The notes beneath the pieces were generated by a model. It ran no database searches and was not told the origin of the DNA. It worked only from the letters and a program-made list of their open reading frames with translations. Below, piece by piece: positions 1 through 7,902 of a stretch of DNA of 64,000 bases (its first letter is position 1; each line of letters opens with the position of its first letter). The stretch is taken from contig JAISZI010000095.1 in assembly GCA_031269335.1 (NCBI GenBank), forward strand, positions 6,930 through 70,929, read 5' to 3'. This DNA is from Puniceicoccales bacterium (lineage in GTDB: Bacteria; Verrucomicrobiota; Verrucomicrobiia; Opitutales; UBA953). The position numbers and the translations under genes were made by a program.

Positions 1-449
1 GAGCAAGAGGGAGAGGAACGATAGTTTTGATATCATTTTTACTTTACGCGAGTTAGATGTTAACATTGATACCTCTATTTGGCATACTTCGTTACAGGGG
101 TTGTAGGTGAAGACGCCGACGGTGGTGTCGGCGGCGGCAGAGGACGGAGAGTGCGACGGCGACGGGAAACAGGCAAAAGAATCGCCCCGGTCGCACTTAC
201 GCGCCGCCGCCCGCAGCATTGTTGTTCAAGTCGAGACAAGGATGTTCCATGCCCGCACGTGGAAACCGCTTTCCCGTCAGCACGCAAGATGTTTTTTTTG
301 GAAAATGCGCAAAACTGAAGCCATCGAACCGAAAAATTTTAACCGCAGAAAAGGCAGAAAGGACGAAAACGCACTTTCGGGAAATTCTTTGCGCTTTGCC
401 GGACACGGGGGTTCCGGTCTCACACGAAGCTGCGATGGCAAAGAAAAGA

Positions 450-485
450 GGAAAGGAAAGGAAAGGAAAGGAAAGGAAAGGAAAG
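450..485. repeat. (GGAAA)x7 pentanucleotide microsatellite, directly followed by a half copy (485-500, GCCCCAAAGGGGCGGC) of the REP-like element seen at 28.9-29.6 kb
   Basis: Seven consecutive ggaaa units are read directly. The same purine tract, shorter (ggaaggaaaggaaa), precedes REP copies at 29056-29068, and its complement follows copies at 29439-29452 and 29508-29522. Confidence 0.9.
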
Positions 486-520
486 CCCCAAAGGGGCGGC
501 TCTAAGTCGCCGCGGCATGC

Positions 521-1576
521 TTAATCCTTTTTGATTTGATCGCCTGCAGTTACTTCCGTCGTAAAATTGTAACTGTAATTACAAATGTCACATGCAGCGA
601 TGGATGGCATGGGTTTTGCCAAAAACCGCAGTGCCTGTTCGGTAAGAGAATGTCCCCATTCTTTGTTAAGATCAAAAAAATCGTCTTCATTTTTTTCTAT
701 CAGACCCAAATCCGTGCCGTGCGCAGAACGTGGGCAGATATGCAGTTCGCCGCGATAATAACTCCGGCAATGCCCGCAGAGACAACCAGAAAAAACTTGT
801 TGTAAAGTGGCTTCATCCCGATGGTGGGGAGTGCTTGCTTCATTTGCTTTCCACGGGGAAGATGTTTCGCACCAGTTTACGTTATTTTCAACGAGTGAAG
901 CCTTGACGGCTTTTCGTTTTTCCTCCGGGACGGAATCGTATTTGGAAATTTCTACCAAAAAACGATTACGGCGCAAGGAGTCGAGGAGTGGCTGAGAGGG
1001 TTGTATCGTCCCGTTTGTGAAGATGTGTGCGTCTCCATACTGATCACGGTATTTAACAAGATGGTCGAGAAATTGATCGAGTTCGGGATAAAGAAGAGTT
1101 TCACCGCCGAGGACGCATATTTGCCCAACATAAGGGATAGTTGCAAAAAGGTGATCTGCGTAGGTTTTAAGTTCATCTATGGTTTGTTGCTTATGCTGGG
1201 ATGTGTCGTAAAATTGCATGAGGTTGTTGCAATGTCGGCAGCGAAGCGTGCAGCGTGTCTCGACGACAAAATCAAGGTGTAGTTGGGAGACTGGACTTTT
1301 TTTATAGTGAGTTGCTGCACGGGCAGCGAGAAGGACGGATCGAAAGTGCCCGGAGTCTTCCACAATCTCGTTTTCTTCGATAGTTTTCTCGCCGTCGAAA
1401 AGGCGGGTAACGGCGTAAATTGTCCGTTCGGGATGGGTGTCCAGCATCGGAAGCAAAACTCCCGACTTCACGTAATCCGGAAGAATGTCGTTTCGGGTTG
1501 CGTAATTGGCATCTCGCCATTCGCCAAAAAAGCGGAAAAAGCACCGTATTCCGGCCTTGTTGCCTCGTGTTGCCAC
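521..1576 (-). CDS. radical SAM protein with a Cys-rich SPASM/twitch-like C-terminal region
   Basis: It carries the CxxxCxxC motif (ETRCTLRCRHCNN). The C-terminus has Cys clusters (GCLCGHCRSYYRGELHICP and IAACDICNY). The annotated start overlaps the upstream GT8 ORF by about 108 nt, and an alternative start (MLDTHPE, about 1447) would remove the overlap. Confidence 0.8.
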   Translation of the reverse strand: MATRGNKAGIRCFFRFFGEWRDANYATRNDILPDYVKSGVLLPMLDTHPERTIYAVTRLFDGEKTIEENEIVEDSGHFRSVLLAARAATHYKKSPVSQLHLDFVVETRCTLRCRHCNNLMQFYDTSQHKQQTIDELKTYADHLFATIPYVGQICVLGGETLLYPELDQFLDHLVKYRDQYGDAHIFTNGTIQPSQPLLDSLRRNRFLVEISKYDSVPEEKRKAVKASLVENNVNWCETSSPWKANEASTPHHRDEATLQQVFSGCLCGHCRSYYRGELHICPRSAHGTDLGLIEKNEDDFFDLNKEWGHSLTEQALRFLAKPMPSIAACDICNYSYNFTTEVTAGDQIKKD

Positions 1577-2172
1577 GGTTTCAGATTAACGATAAAACGG
1601 ACTTGTTGATGATTGCTGAAGGTTCCGTAAATATGGTTCCAGCTGCCGGGGAGAAGCGTCCAGTCGTTGCCAAACGCAAAGAGGAGCAAATCCTCGTCTG
1701 GGAATTTTGCAAAGTGCGCAGTCTTGCGCATGGTCTCTTGGAGTTTGGCAAAAGGAACCTGCGCGACGGCGCGATCCCGATTCCAGACAAGGACGCCTCC
1801 ATTGAGATTCTTAAGACCGTTTTTAACACGATATTCGGGGTCTTTCCAATTTTCGAGACGAAATCCGGCGAAAGGGTGGTTCGTGGGTATTTCCCACTCG
1901 GCGAGTGCGGAGATATCGGCACGCGGCAGGATGTCGGTGTCGAGGACTATGGGGCGTTTATCTTCGAGTAAATAAGGGACGAAACACTTGCCAAAAACGG
2001 CACGGGTGTAATTAAGCCAGTTAGCATCCCGCAGCATTTCGTCCGTCAACGGGTGAACCGTGATCCGAAAGAAGGACGCGAGTTTCGGGTGGCTTGCAAG
2101 CCAGGCTCGGCTTTCCTCCGGCGCGGTGCTGATTGCGGAGAATAATCGGGCGCGGCGTGTGTCGGGCGGCAC
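1468..2172 (-). CDS. glycosyltransferase family 8-like module; probably the frameshifted continuation of, or a second domain after, the upstream GT8 ORF
   Basis: GT8-like motifs are present: IVLDTDILPRADISAL (DxD region), GGVLVWN and LKPWQHE. The ORF begins with GTG inside the upstream ORF, and its expected N-terminal strand is encoded in the other frame (see finding). Confidence 0.6.
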   Translation of the reverse strand: MPPDTRRARLFSAISTAPEESRAWLASHPKLASFFRITVHPLTDEMLRDANWLNYTRAVFGKCFVPYLLEDKRPIVLDTDILPRADISALAEWEIPTNHPFAGFRLENWKDPEYRVKNGLKNLNGGVLVWNRDRAVAQVPFAKLQETMRKTAHFAKFPDEDLLLFAFGNDWTLLPGSWNHIYGTFSNHQQVRFIVNLKPWQHEATRPEYGAFSAFLANGEMPITQPETTFFRIT

Positions 2173-2983
2173 TCCATGCGCTGGTCACCGCGTATTCCGT
2201 CCACTTCGCATTGTTGACAGAATAACACAGCGTGACCGGTTCTGGGTGCAATGTCGCAAGAACACGGCGGTATTCCGCGAGATATGCCTCGCTTCCACAC
2301 CAAGTTTCACAACGCCATGGTTTTTTATGCCCGTTCCAATGAACAATCACGGGGTCTTCACACAACTTTCGTCCTGCATCGTAGTTTTTAAGTGCCATGC
2401 ACTGCCAGTTCCACTTATTGTCGATGCAACGGGTTTTACAGTGGACGTTGATGAGAAACTGGTCACGCCAATAACCACCATCACACTTCGGATCGTAATT
2501 ATCTATCCAGCGATGCAACTCATCTTCCGAGATGGAAAGTGTGTTGGGTCGGAAAGCAATAACGCCGGTGTTTATTCCTGTTAATCGGCGTCCACTTTCG
2601 CAGTCCGCGACTCCGGAGATTTCACCGGGGACGGCGAGTGTGAAAAGCTCATCAAGGGGCGCACGCACAAGGACATCATTGTCTATTTGCACGAGGGAAT
2701 CAAGATGTTTCCAACGAACAAGATGGTAGAGTTTAAGAAACATGCTGTCTTGGGGTCGGAGTTCGTGGGAGAGGGGAACCCTTTCCTCCTTGGTGGTAAG
2801 CACGCCACCCCGCGCCTCGACGAACGCACGAAACGACACGACATCCAACCCCTTGGCAACAATGGCGTAAAACACTGTGCACGGGTGGAACTTCAGAATG
2901 CTTGCAACTACGGGCTCGTAGTGGCGCAGCGCCTCTTTATTCCACGCCGTGATTGCTATGTTGAGGGAAAAAGAGTGTGGCAT
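2021..2983 (-). CDS. glycosyltransferase family 8 (LgtC/RfaJ-like retaining glycosyltransferase)
   Basis: Motifs include LVQIDNDVLV (DxD), NTGVIAF and VHWNGHKKPW (the GT8 C-terminal H-x-x-G-x-x-KPW motif). The last ~70 aa look like the start of a second GT8 domain followed by out-of-frame sequence. Confidence 0.8.
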   Translation of the reverse strand: MPHSFSLNIAITAWNKEALRHYEPVVASILKFHPCTVFYAIVAKGLDVVSFRAFVEARGGVLTTKEERVPLSHELRPQDSMFLKLYHLVRWKHLDSLVQIDNDVLVRAPLDELFTLAVPGEISGVADCESGRRLTGINTGVIAFRPNTLSISEDELHRWIDNYDPKCDGGYWRDQFLINVHCKTRCIDNKWNWQCMALKNYDAGRKLCEDPVIVHWNGHKKPWRCETWCGSEAYLAEYRRVLATLHPEPVTLCYSVNNAKWTEYAVTSAWSAARHTPRPIILRNQHRAGGKPSLACKPPETRVLLSDHGSPVDGRNAAGC

Positions 2984-3040
2984 TGAAGCGTATTTTATAG
3001 TTTTTGGATAAACACCGATCTCGTGCTGTGTTCTTCTAAC

Positions 3041-3634
3041 TTATCTCCTCCTTGAAATGCCTTTTGTTTTTCTTTTTGATAACTTTTTTTCCTCGTCCCA
3101 CTTTTCCTTTTTCATGGTAAGCTTGGTGACAAAATGCTTTGGACCACTTCCTATTGTTGCCGAATTACCCGATGCCCATCGTTTGCCGCCATCTGGATCT
3201 ACCACAATGAAGTAGGGATAGAAGGGAATATGCTGTTTTTTTAACAGCTCCCTGTATTGTTTTTGTTCAGCGGAATTCAAATCACTTTTCGGGAATTCAA
3301 CCTTAACAGTAACGAAATTTTTTGCTGCATAATCGTTAAATTCCGACGAGCGGAAAAGGTCTTCAAAACGTCCTTCTTCCCATCCTTTAGATTCATCCTC
3401 TGGACCGGTAAAATATGCAAAAAGACTTTTTGAAGAGGATTTTGCCGTCGCATAAGCCGCATGGTAATTGGTGCGCCACGACTTGGAAGGTGCCGGTTTT
3501 TTTGACTTTTCAATGGGTTTCGGTTCGTTCGTGAGTGTTCGCTGTTTTCCCGTCGCTATGGCATCGGGAGAAAACAACAGGAACCCGGACGTGAGAGCAC
3601 CCAGTGCTGCGAGTGTTGGTATGAGCTTTTTCAT
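3041..3634 (-). CDS. secreted thioredoxin-fold protein lacking the CxxC motif
   Basis: It has a signal peptide (MKKLIPTLAALGALTSGFLLFSPDAIA). The region SLFAYFTGPEDESKGW...FVTVKVEF...IPFYPYFIVVDPDG matches the thioredoxin-like/DUF255 layout, but the redox Cys pair is replaced. Confidence 0.55.
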   Translation of the reverse strand: MKKLIPTLAALGALTSGFLLFSPDAIATGKQRTLTNEPKPIEKSKKPAPSKSWRTNYHAAYATAKSSSKSLFAYFTGPEDESKGWEEGRFEDLFRSSEFNDYAAKNFVTVKVEFPKSDLNSAEQKQYRELLKKQHIPFYPYFIVVDPDGGKRWASGNSATIGSGPKHFVTKLTMKKEKWDEEKKLSKRKTKGISRRR

Positions 3635-3837
3635 GGACGTGTGTTTTTAGTCGTTGGTGTTGGTTGTTAACTGTTGGTTGGTGTGTTGGTGGTAGTTTAA
3701 ATGTATTTTTTTATCTGCATTATCTTATTTCGGATATTTGTCGTGCAATTTCTTCTCCTTCATCATTTTTTGTCTTTTTTACATTTTGTTTTTTATTTCC
3801 TCCATTTTGATTCTTCTTTTTTACATCCTGATTTTAC

Positions 3838-4719
3838 TTATGCATTGATAAGTGCGAAAAGTGGAATAGCAGGAATTGTGGCGTTTCCCTGCGCCTGAAT
3901 TCCTCCTACTGTGGCGCATGCGGGCGGCTGCGTGAGAGATCCGTAAATCGTGGGCAAGTAAAACAGACTATACCCATAGAGCGTCGGCATATCTATGTTG
4001 ATAGTGCTGTTGACATCAGTTAGGTCGAGTGTCGCGTAAATGTCACCTCCTGGGAGACTGCCGGATAGAGAGGATATATCGAATGAACCGTTGGTCGAGA
4101 AACCGAGACTTCCACCCCAACTGCCATAAGATTGCAAGCAAACATATCCGCTTAAGATTGCCTCTTCGAAGTAGAGATCTGCTTCGCCATCCCAAGCTCC
4201 CACTGCATATAAAGTCGCGTAACTTGCGGTCCAACTGCCATGTGGAGCAAGTATAGCGAAACCTCCCCAATAACCTTGGGCGGTGGTGCTACCATCTCCG
4301 CTCCAACTACCGTAGGTTGCGAGGTTAACATATCCGTTCCAAGTGCCATACGCATTCAAATCCGCGTAGTAAGATGCTAATAGAGAAATTTCGTTTTCTC
4401 CCAATTCGTCAGAGTTGATACGAGAGGTGGAGCGTATGCCTTGGTCCGCAAACGAAGCCGGAGAGATAGAGCCGGAAACCTTCCCCTCCCAGTAACCATG
4501 AATATCACCCCAGCATTGTCCATCCCAAGAACCGTTTGCTGTGCCATACCCCTCTCCCTCCCATGCTCCGAACACATCACCGTAACTCACCCCTTCCCAA
4601 TACCCCCCCCCTATCTCGCCAGTCGCAACGCCGCCGAAATAACCACCCGCAGCCCCCACGATTGAGCCAGCTATATCCGCATTCATGGTCCCAAAAGCAC
4701 CTCCTTCCCACCCCCCCAC
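3838..4719 (-). CDS. Gly/Trp/Tyr-rich repeat protein, likely the C-terminal part of a split gene
   Basis: There are more than 12 copies of G-[YSAT]-W-[EDSGN]-G (GGWEGG, GYWEG, GAWEGEG, GSWDG, GYWEGK, GTWNG, GSWSG, GYWGG, GSWTA, GAWDG, GSWGG). The annotated GTG start lies inside a G7 run, and an in-frame G9 run lies at 4603-4611. Confidence 0.6.
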   Translation of the reverse strand: MGGWEGGAFGTMNADIAGSIVGAAGGYFGGVATGEIGGGYWEGVSYGDVFGAWEGEGYGTANGSWDGQCWGDIHGYWEGKVSGSISPASFADQGIRSTSRINSDELGENEISLLASYYADLNAYGTWNGYVNLATYGSWSGDGSTTAQGYWGGFAILAPHGSWTASYATLYAVGAWDGEADLYFEEAILSGYVCLQSYGSWGGSLGFSTNGSFDISSLSGSLPGGDIYATLDLTDVNSTINIDMPTLYGYSLFYLPTIYGSLTQPPACATVGGIQAQGNATIPAIPLFALINA

Positions 4720-5309
4720 GCCGTGCCACCACCATTACCGACAAAATATCCCCCGCCGGACAAATTCAGCGCATCTTGGGGGGTGGTGTTACCCGTGATA
4801 TAGGCGAGTGCAGACGTGTAGGCGTTACCGTAGAGGGTGGTGCCAGTCAATTCGAGGGTTCCCGAAACGGCATCGCCCCCGTTGAGTTCGAGGGTGCTGG
4901 TTAGACCGGGTATCGCGATTACGATGTCGGCACTCGCGCCTTGCTGGATTCCTAAATCTACGGAAATGTAGCCGGGGTCGAGTGGCTCGCTGCCGGCGAT
5001 CCAACGCGTGACGATCACGTCTTTGTTGTGAGTGTTGAGCGTCCGAACCTCGTTGTCCTTGATGCGCCCGATGACCGTCCACGTCCCCGACGAGGGTGGG
5101 CTGTCCAAGACCTCAATGTTCACGGCGGAGACTTTGGGCGTCCCTTGTGAGACTTGCCACTGGGAGTCAACCTCCGCCGACAGGACGATGAGTGCGTCTT
5201 GGTCGGGCGTAAAAGGCGCAGTGAAGTCCTCCACGAGGTAGTTTGCGACATGACCGTCAGTGACGCCAAAGCCGTAGTAGCCATACTGGAACGGAGATAG
5301 AAATTTCAT
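4683..5309 (-). CDS. hypothetical protein, likely the N-terminal part of the same split gene
   Basis: The 208-aa ORF has no obvious signal peptide. It ends ...GGGYFVGNGGGTAWGGGKEVLLGP*, already entering the G/W repeat style. The stop lies 30 nt past the G7 tract, and one extra G would fuse it in frame to 3838..4719. Confidence 0.6.
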   Translation of the reverse strand: MKFLSPFQYGYYGFGVTDGHVANYLVEDFTAPFTPDQDALIVLSAEVDSQWQVSQGTPKVSAVNIEVLDSPPSSGTWTVIGRIKDNEVRTLNTHNKDVIVTRWIAGSEPLDPGYISVDLGIQQGASADIVIAIPGLTSTLELNGGDAVSGTLELTGTTLYGNAYTSALAYITGNTTPQDALNLSGGGYFVGNGGGTAWGGGKEVLLGP

Positions 5310-5690
5310 GATAGAGCAGTTGAAAGGTTAGAGAGAGTGTTCCAACGCGGGTAAAATAGATCTCTTTGGGGTGGATGCAAATATTTTTTTTGTAAAAAAA
5401 CCGACATGATATCCCTTCCCGTTTGGCGCAATAAATAGCTGACCAGAGCGCACTCGTCGGGTGCGCCGCCTGTCAGACAGGTCGATTTCGCAAATCCCGC
5501 ACTCCATCGCGAATCCGAGGCGGCGGGGAATTTCACCCTTTGTCCGCCCGTGCAACCCCACCCACTTTTTCCTGTGCTGCACTTGTCGTTTGAAGGCGGG
5601 TTTTGCGGTGCTGGAAAAATTAAAAATTAAAAAATTCGCTTTTCCATCTCGCGCTTCCGCGTAAAACGGCATCTCTCTTCACTACAAATC

Positions 5691-6950
5691 ATGTTGAACA
5701 ACACCAGTCTTGAGGCACTCGATCCGGATATTTTCCAAGCGATACAAGCCGAGAAAAAACGTCAACAAACCCACGTCGAGCTAATCGCGTCCGAAAACTT
5801 CACTTACCCTGCGGTACTTGAAGCGCAAGGCAGCGTGCTTACTAACAAATACGCCGAAGGTTACCCGGGGAAACGCTGGTATGGCGGGTGTGAGCATGTG
5901 GACGTCATTGAGCAAATCGCCATTGACCGCGCAAAAAAGCTCTTCGGCGCCGACCACGCCAACGTCCAAGCCCACTCTGGCGCCCAAGCCAATTTTGCCG
6001 TCTATGCCTCCGTCCTTCGACCCGGCGACAAAATTCTCGGCATGAATCTCGCTCACGGCGGGCACCTCACCCACGGCAATCCTGCCAATTTTTCCGGAAA
6101 GCTCTACCAGTTCGTCCAATACGGCGTGCGGCAAGACACGGGACGCATTGACTATGATGCGCTTGCCGACATTGCCGCCCGCGAAAAGCCGCGCATGATC
6201 ACCGTCGGTGCCAGTGCTTACCCGCGCATCATAGACTTCGCCCGCATGGCAGAAATCGCCCGCGCCGTGAACGCCTATCTCTTCGCCGACATTGCGCACA
6301 TTGCCGGACTTGTCGCGGCGGGTGTCCACCCTTCGCCCGTCCCAGTCGCTGATTTTGTGACTACGACCACTCACAAAACCCTGCGCGGTCCCCGTGGCGG
6401 ATTGATTCTTTGTAAAGCCGAGCACGCCAAAGTCGTTGATTCCGCCCTTTTTCCGGGTTCCCAAGGCGGTCCGCTCGAACACGTCATCGCCGCCAAAGCC
6501 GTTTGTCTGGGCGAATGCCTCAAACCGGATTTCGCCACCTACGCACGCCAAATCGTCAAAAACGCCGCCGCCCTCGCCAACGCCTTCACACGGCGCGGAC
6601 ACAAACTCGCCTCCGGCGGCACCGACAACCACCTCATCCTCTTGGATTTGCGCGCCAAATATCCCGATCTCACTGGTAAAATCGCACAAGAAACTCTCGA
6701 TCTCGCCAACATCACCTGCAACAAAAACGCCGTCCCCTTTGAAACGCGTTCTCCATTCCTTGCTTCCGGCATCCGCCTCGGCACGCCCGCCATCACCACT
6801 CGCGGGTTCAACGAGACCGACATGGATACCATCGCCGACGCCATAGACACCCTGCTTGCCGCCATCGGCACGCCCACACTCGACGAAACCATCGTAAAAG
6901 TGCGCGCCGACATCATCGCTCTGACGGGACGTTACCCCCTGCCCTACTGA
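5691..6950 (+). CDS. glyA: serine hydroxymethyltransferase
   Basis: The 419-aa ORF carries [27 protein letters not shown] and the PLP-lysine motif [14 protein letters not shown]. Confidence 0.97.
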   Translation: MLNNTSLEALDPDIFQAIQAEKKRQQTHVELIASENFTYPAVLEAQGSVLTNKYAEGYPGKRWYGGCEHVDVIEQIAIDRAKKLFGADHANVQAHSGAQANFAVYASVLRPGDKILGMNLAHGGHLTHGNPANFSGKLYQFVQYGVRQDTGRIDYDALADIAAREKPRMITVGASAYPRIIDFARMAEIARAVNAYLFADIAHIAGLVAAGVHPSPVPVADFVTTTTHKTLRGPRGGLILCKAEHAKVVDSALFPGSQGGPLEHVIAAKAVCLGECLKPDFATYARQIVKNAAALANAFTRRGHKLASGGTDNHLILLDLRAKYPDLTGKIAQETLDLANITCNKNAVPFETRSPFLASGIRLGTPAITTRGFNETDMDTIADAIDTLLAAIGTPTLDETIVKVRADIIALTGRYPLPY

Positions 6951-7092
6951 ACTTAAACTTCCAGAGCTAAAAAAAAGCTTCCTTAAAAACGGGAAATCCA
7001 CACACAAGGGGACAACAAGCTTACGGCAAAAGACGGCGGTCGCCTTAACCTGAGCGAACAAAACAACTCAAACAACAACACCCAAACGAGTC

Positions 7093-7797
7093 ATGAAAAC
7101 TTCAACGCAACGCACACAACACAAACGCAATCGCGGTTTTACCCTGATTGAAATTTTGGCAGTCATTGCCATCATCGGCATCCTCGCCGGAACAATCGGA
7201 ACAGTTGTCCCGATGGCACGCGAGCGAGCAGCCCGGAACACAGCCAGCAGCAACCTCCGAAACATCGTCCTAGGATGCCTCTCCTACGCGGACACCAACA
7301 ACGGTCGTCCCATCAAAGAAGGCAGCAGTATCGAAAACGGTGAGGCGAACACCCCTGCCGACTTCGCGGCAATCCTCGCCAGATCCGGCAGCGAGTTTAA
7401 CCTCGGGAAACTTTGGTATATCCCGGAAGACCCCGTATTCGACAAATCCGGCAAAGAGGTCCCGCAGCGCGTGTTACAGGACGGCAAAACCGGCAACCTC
7501 CTCACTGGCGTGAAACCTATCGCCTGGGCGGTCGTGGTAAACGCAAACAGACAAAAATACAGCAACTCGAAATATCCTCTCATCTGGACACGCGGCCTTG
7601 GCACGGGTGGCGAATGGGTGGAAGACGCCCCATGGGGCATCAAAGGCGGTCACATCGCCTTCGGAGATGCCCACCTTGATTTTTTCCAGAATCTCACGGC
7701 GACCAGTAGAAAGCTGGAAAAATTCGACGGGAAGGGTGAAACCAGCAGTTACCTTGAAGCCATTGGCGACGGTGCCAAGGTCAAAGAAGATTCCTAA
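7093..7797 (+). CDS. prepilin-type N-terminal cleavage/methylation domain protein (type II secretion/pseudopilin-like)
   Basis: The N-terminus RGFTLIEILAVIAIIGILAG is the classic G/FTLIE methylation motif plus hydrophobic helix. This gene class is expanded in Verrucomicrobia, Planctomycetes and Lentisphaerae. Confidence 0.85.
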   Translation: MKTSTQRTQHKRNRGFTLIEILAVIAIIGILAGTIGTVVPMARERAARNTASSNLRNIVLGCLSYADTNNGRPIKEGSSIENGEANTPADFAAILARSGSEFNLGKLWYIPEDPVFDKSGKEVPQRVLQDGKTGNLLTGVKPIAWAVVVNANRQKYSNSKYPLIWTRGLGTGGEWVEDAPWGIKGGHIAFGDAHLDFFQNLTATSRKLEKFDGKGETSSYLEAIGDGAKVKEDS

Positions 7798-7826
7798 CTT
7801 CTCCGCGACGAAGGCGTCCCGCTTGC

Positions 7827-7863
7827 CAAAAAAGAATCCGACTACGGTCGGATTCTTTTTTTT
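7827..7863. terminator. bidirectional rho-independent terminator between convergent genes
   Basis: The sequence aaaaaagaatccgac-tacg-gtcggattcttttttttt has a 10-bp perfect stem, a 4-nt loop, and A-run and T-run flanks. Confidence 0.85.
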
Positions 7864-7902
7864 GCGTGCCCAACAACAAATCTCTCTCCGCAGCGACCCG
7901 CC

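Noticed and set aside
75-524. ORFs in the first 520 nt (75..287, 79..318, 107..505, 197..406, 219..524), considered as possible radical SAM precursor peptides.
   Set aside because: They are mutually overlapping and Arg/Pro-rich, and they run through the (GGAAA)n microsatellite and the REP half-copy. None has a leader/core-like Cys or Gly-rich pattern.
5420-5480. Possible ZTP (pfl) riboswitch upstream of glyA: gctgaccagagcgcactcgtcgggtgcgccgcctgtcagacagg contains CCGCCUG and UGAC elements.
   Set aside because: Only fragments of the consensus as I remember it are present: there is no GGGUCG...CCACCGGG subdomain, and the 3' box reads CCGCCUGUCAG rather than CCGCCUGGGCA. It sits ~220 nt from the start codon and folds as a simple nested hairpin. 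An Infernal scan with RF01750 would settle it.
5781-7061. Large antisense or shadow ORFs inside strong genes. Examples are 5781..7061 opposite glyA, 11786..13000 opposite thiC, 10008..10652 and 10665..11132 opposite the kinase, 38082..38966 opposite the PEGA gene, and 20253..21278 opposite pfp.
   Set aside because: They lie opposite or overlapping genes with unmistakable conserved motifs, and their translations are Gly/Arg/Val/Ala-rich without motifs. This is typical of GC-rich shadow frames.
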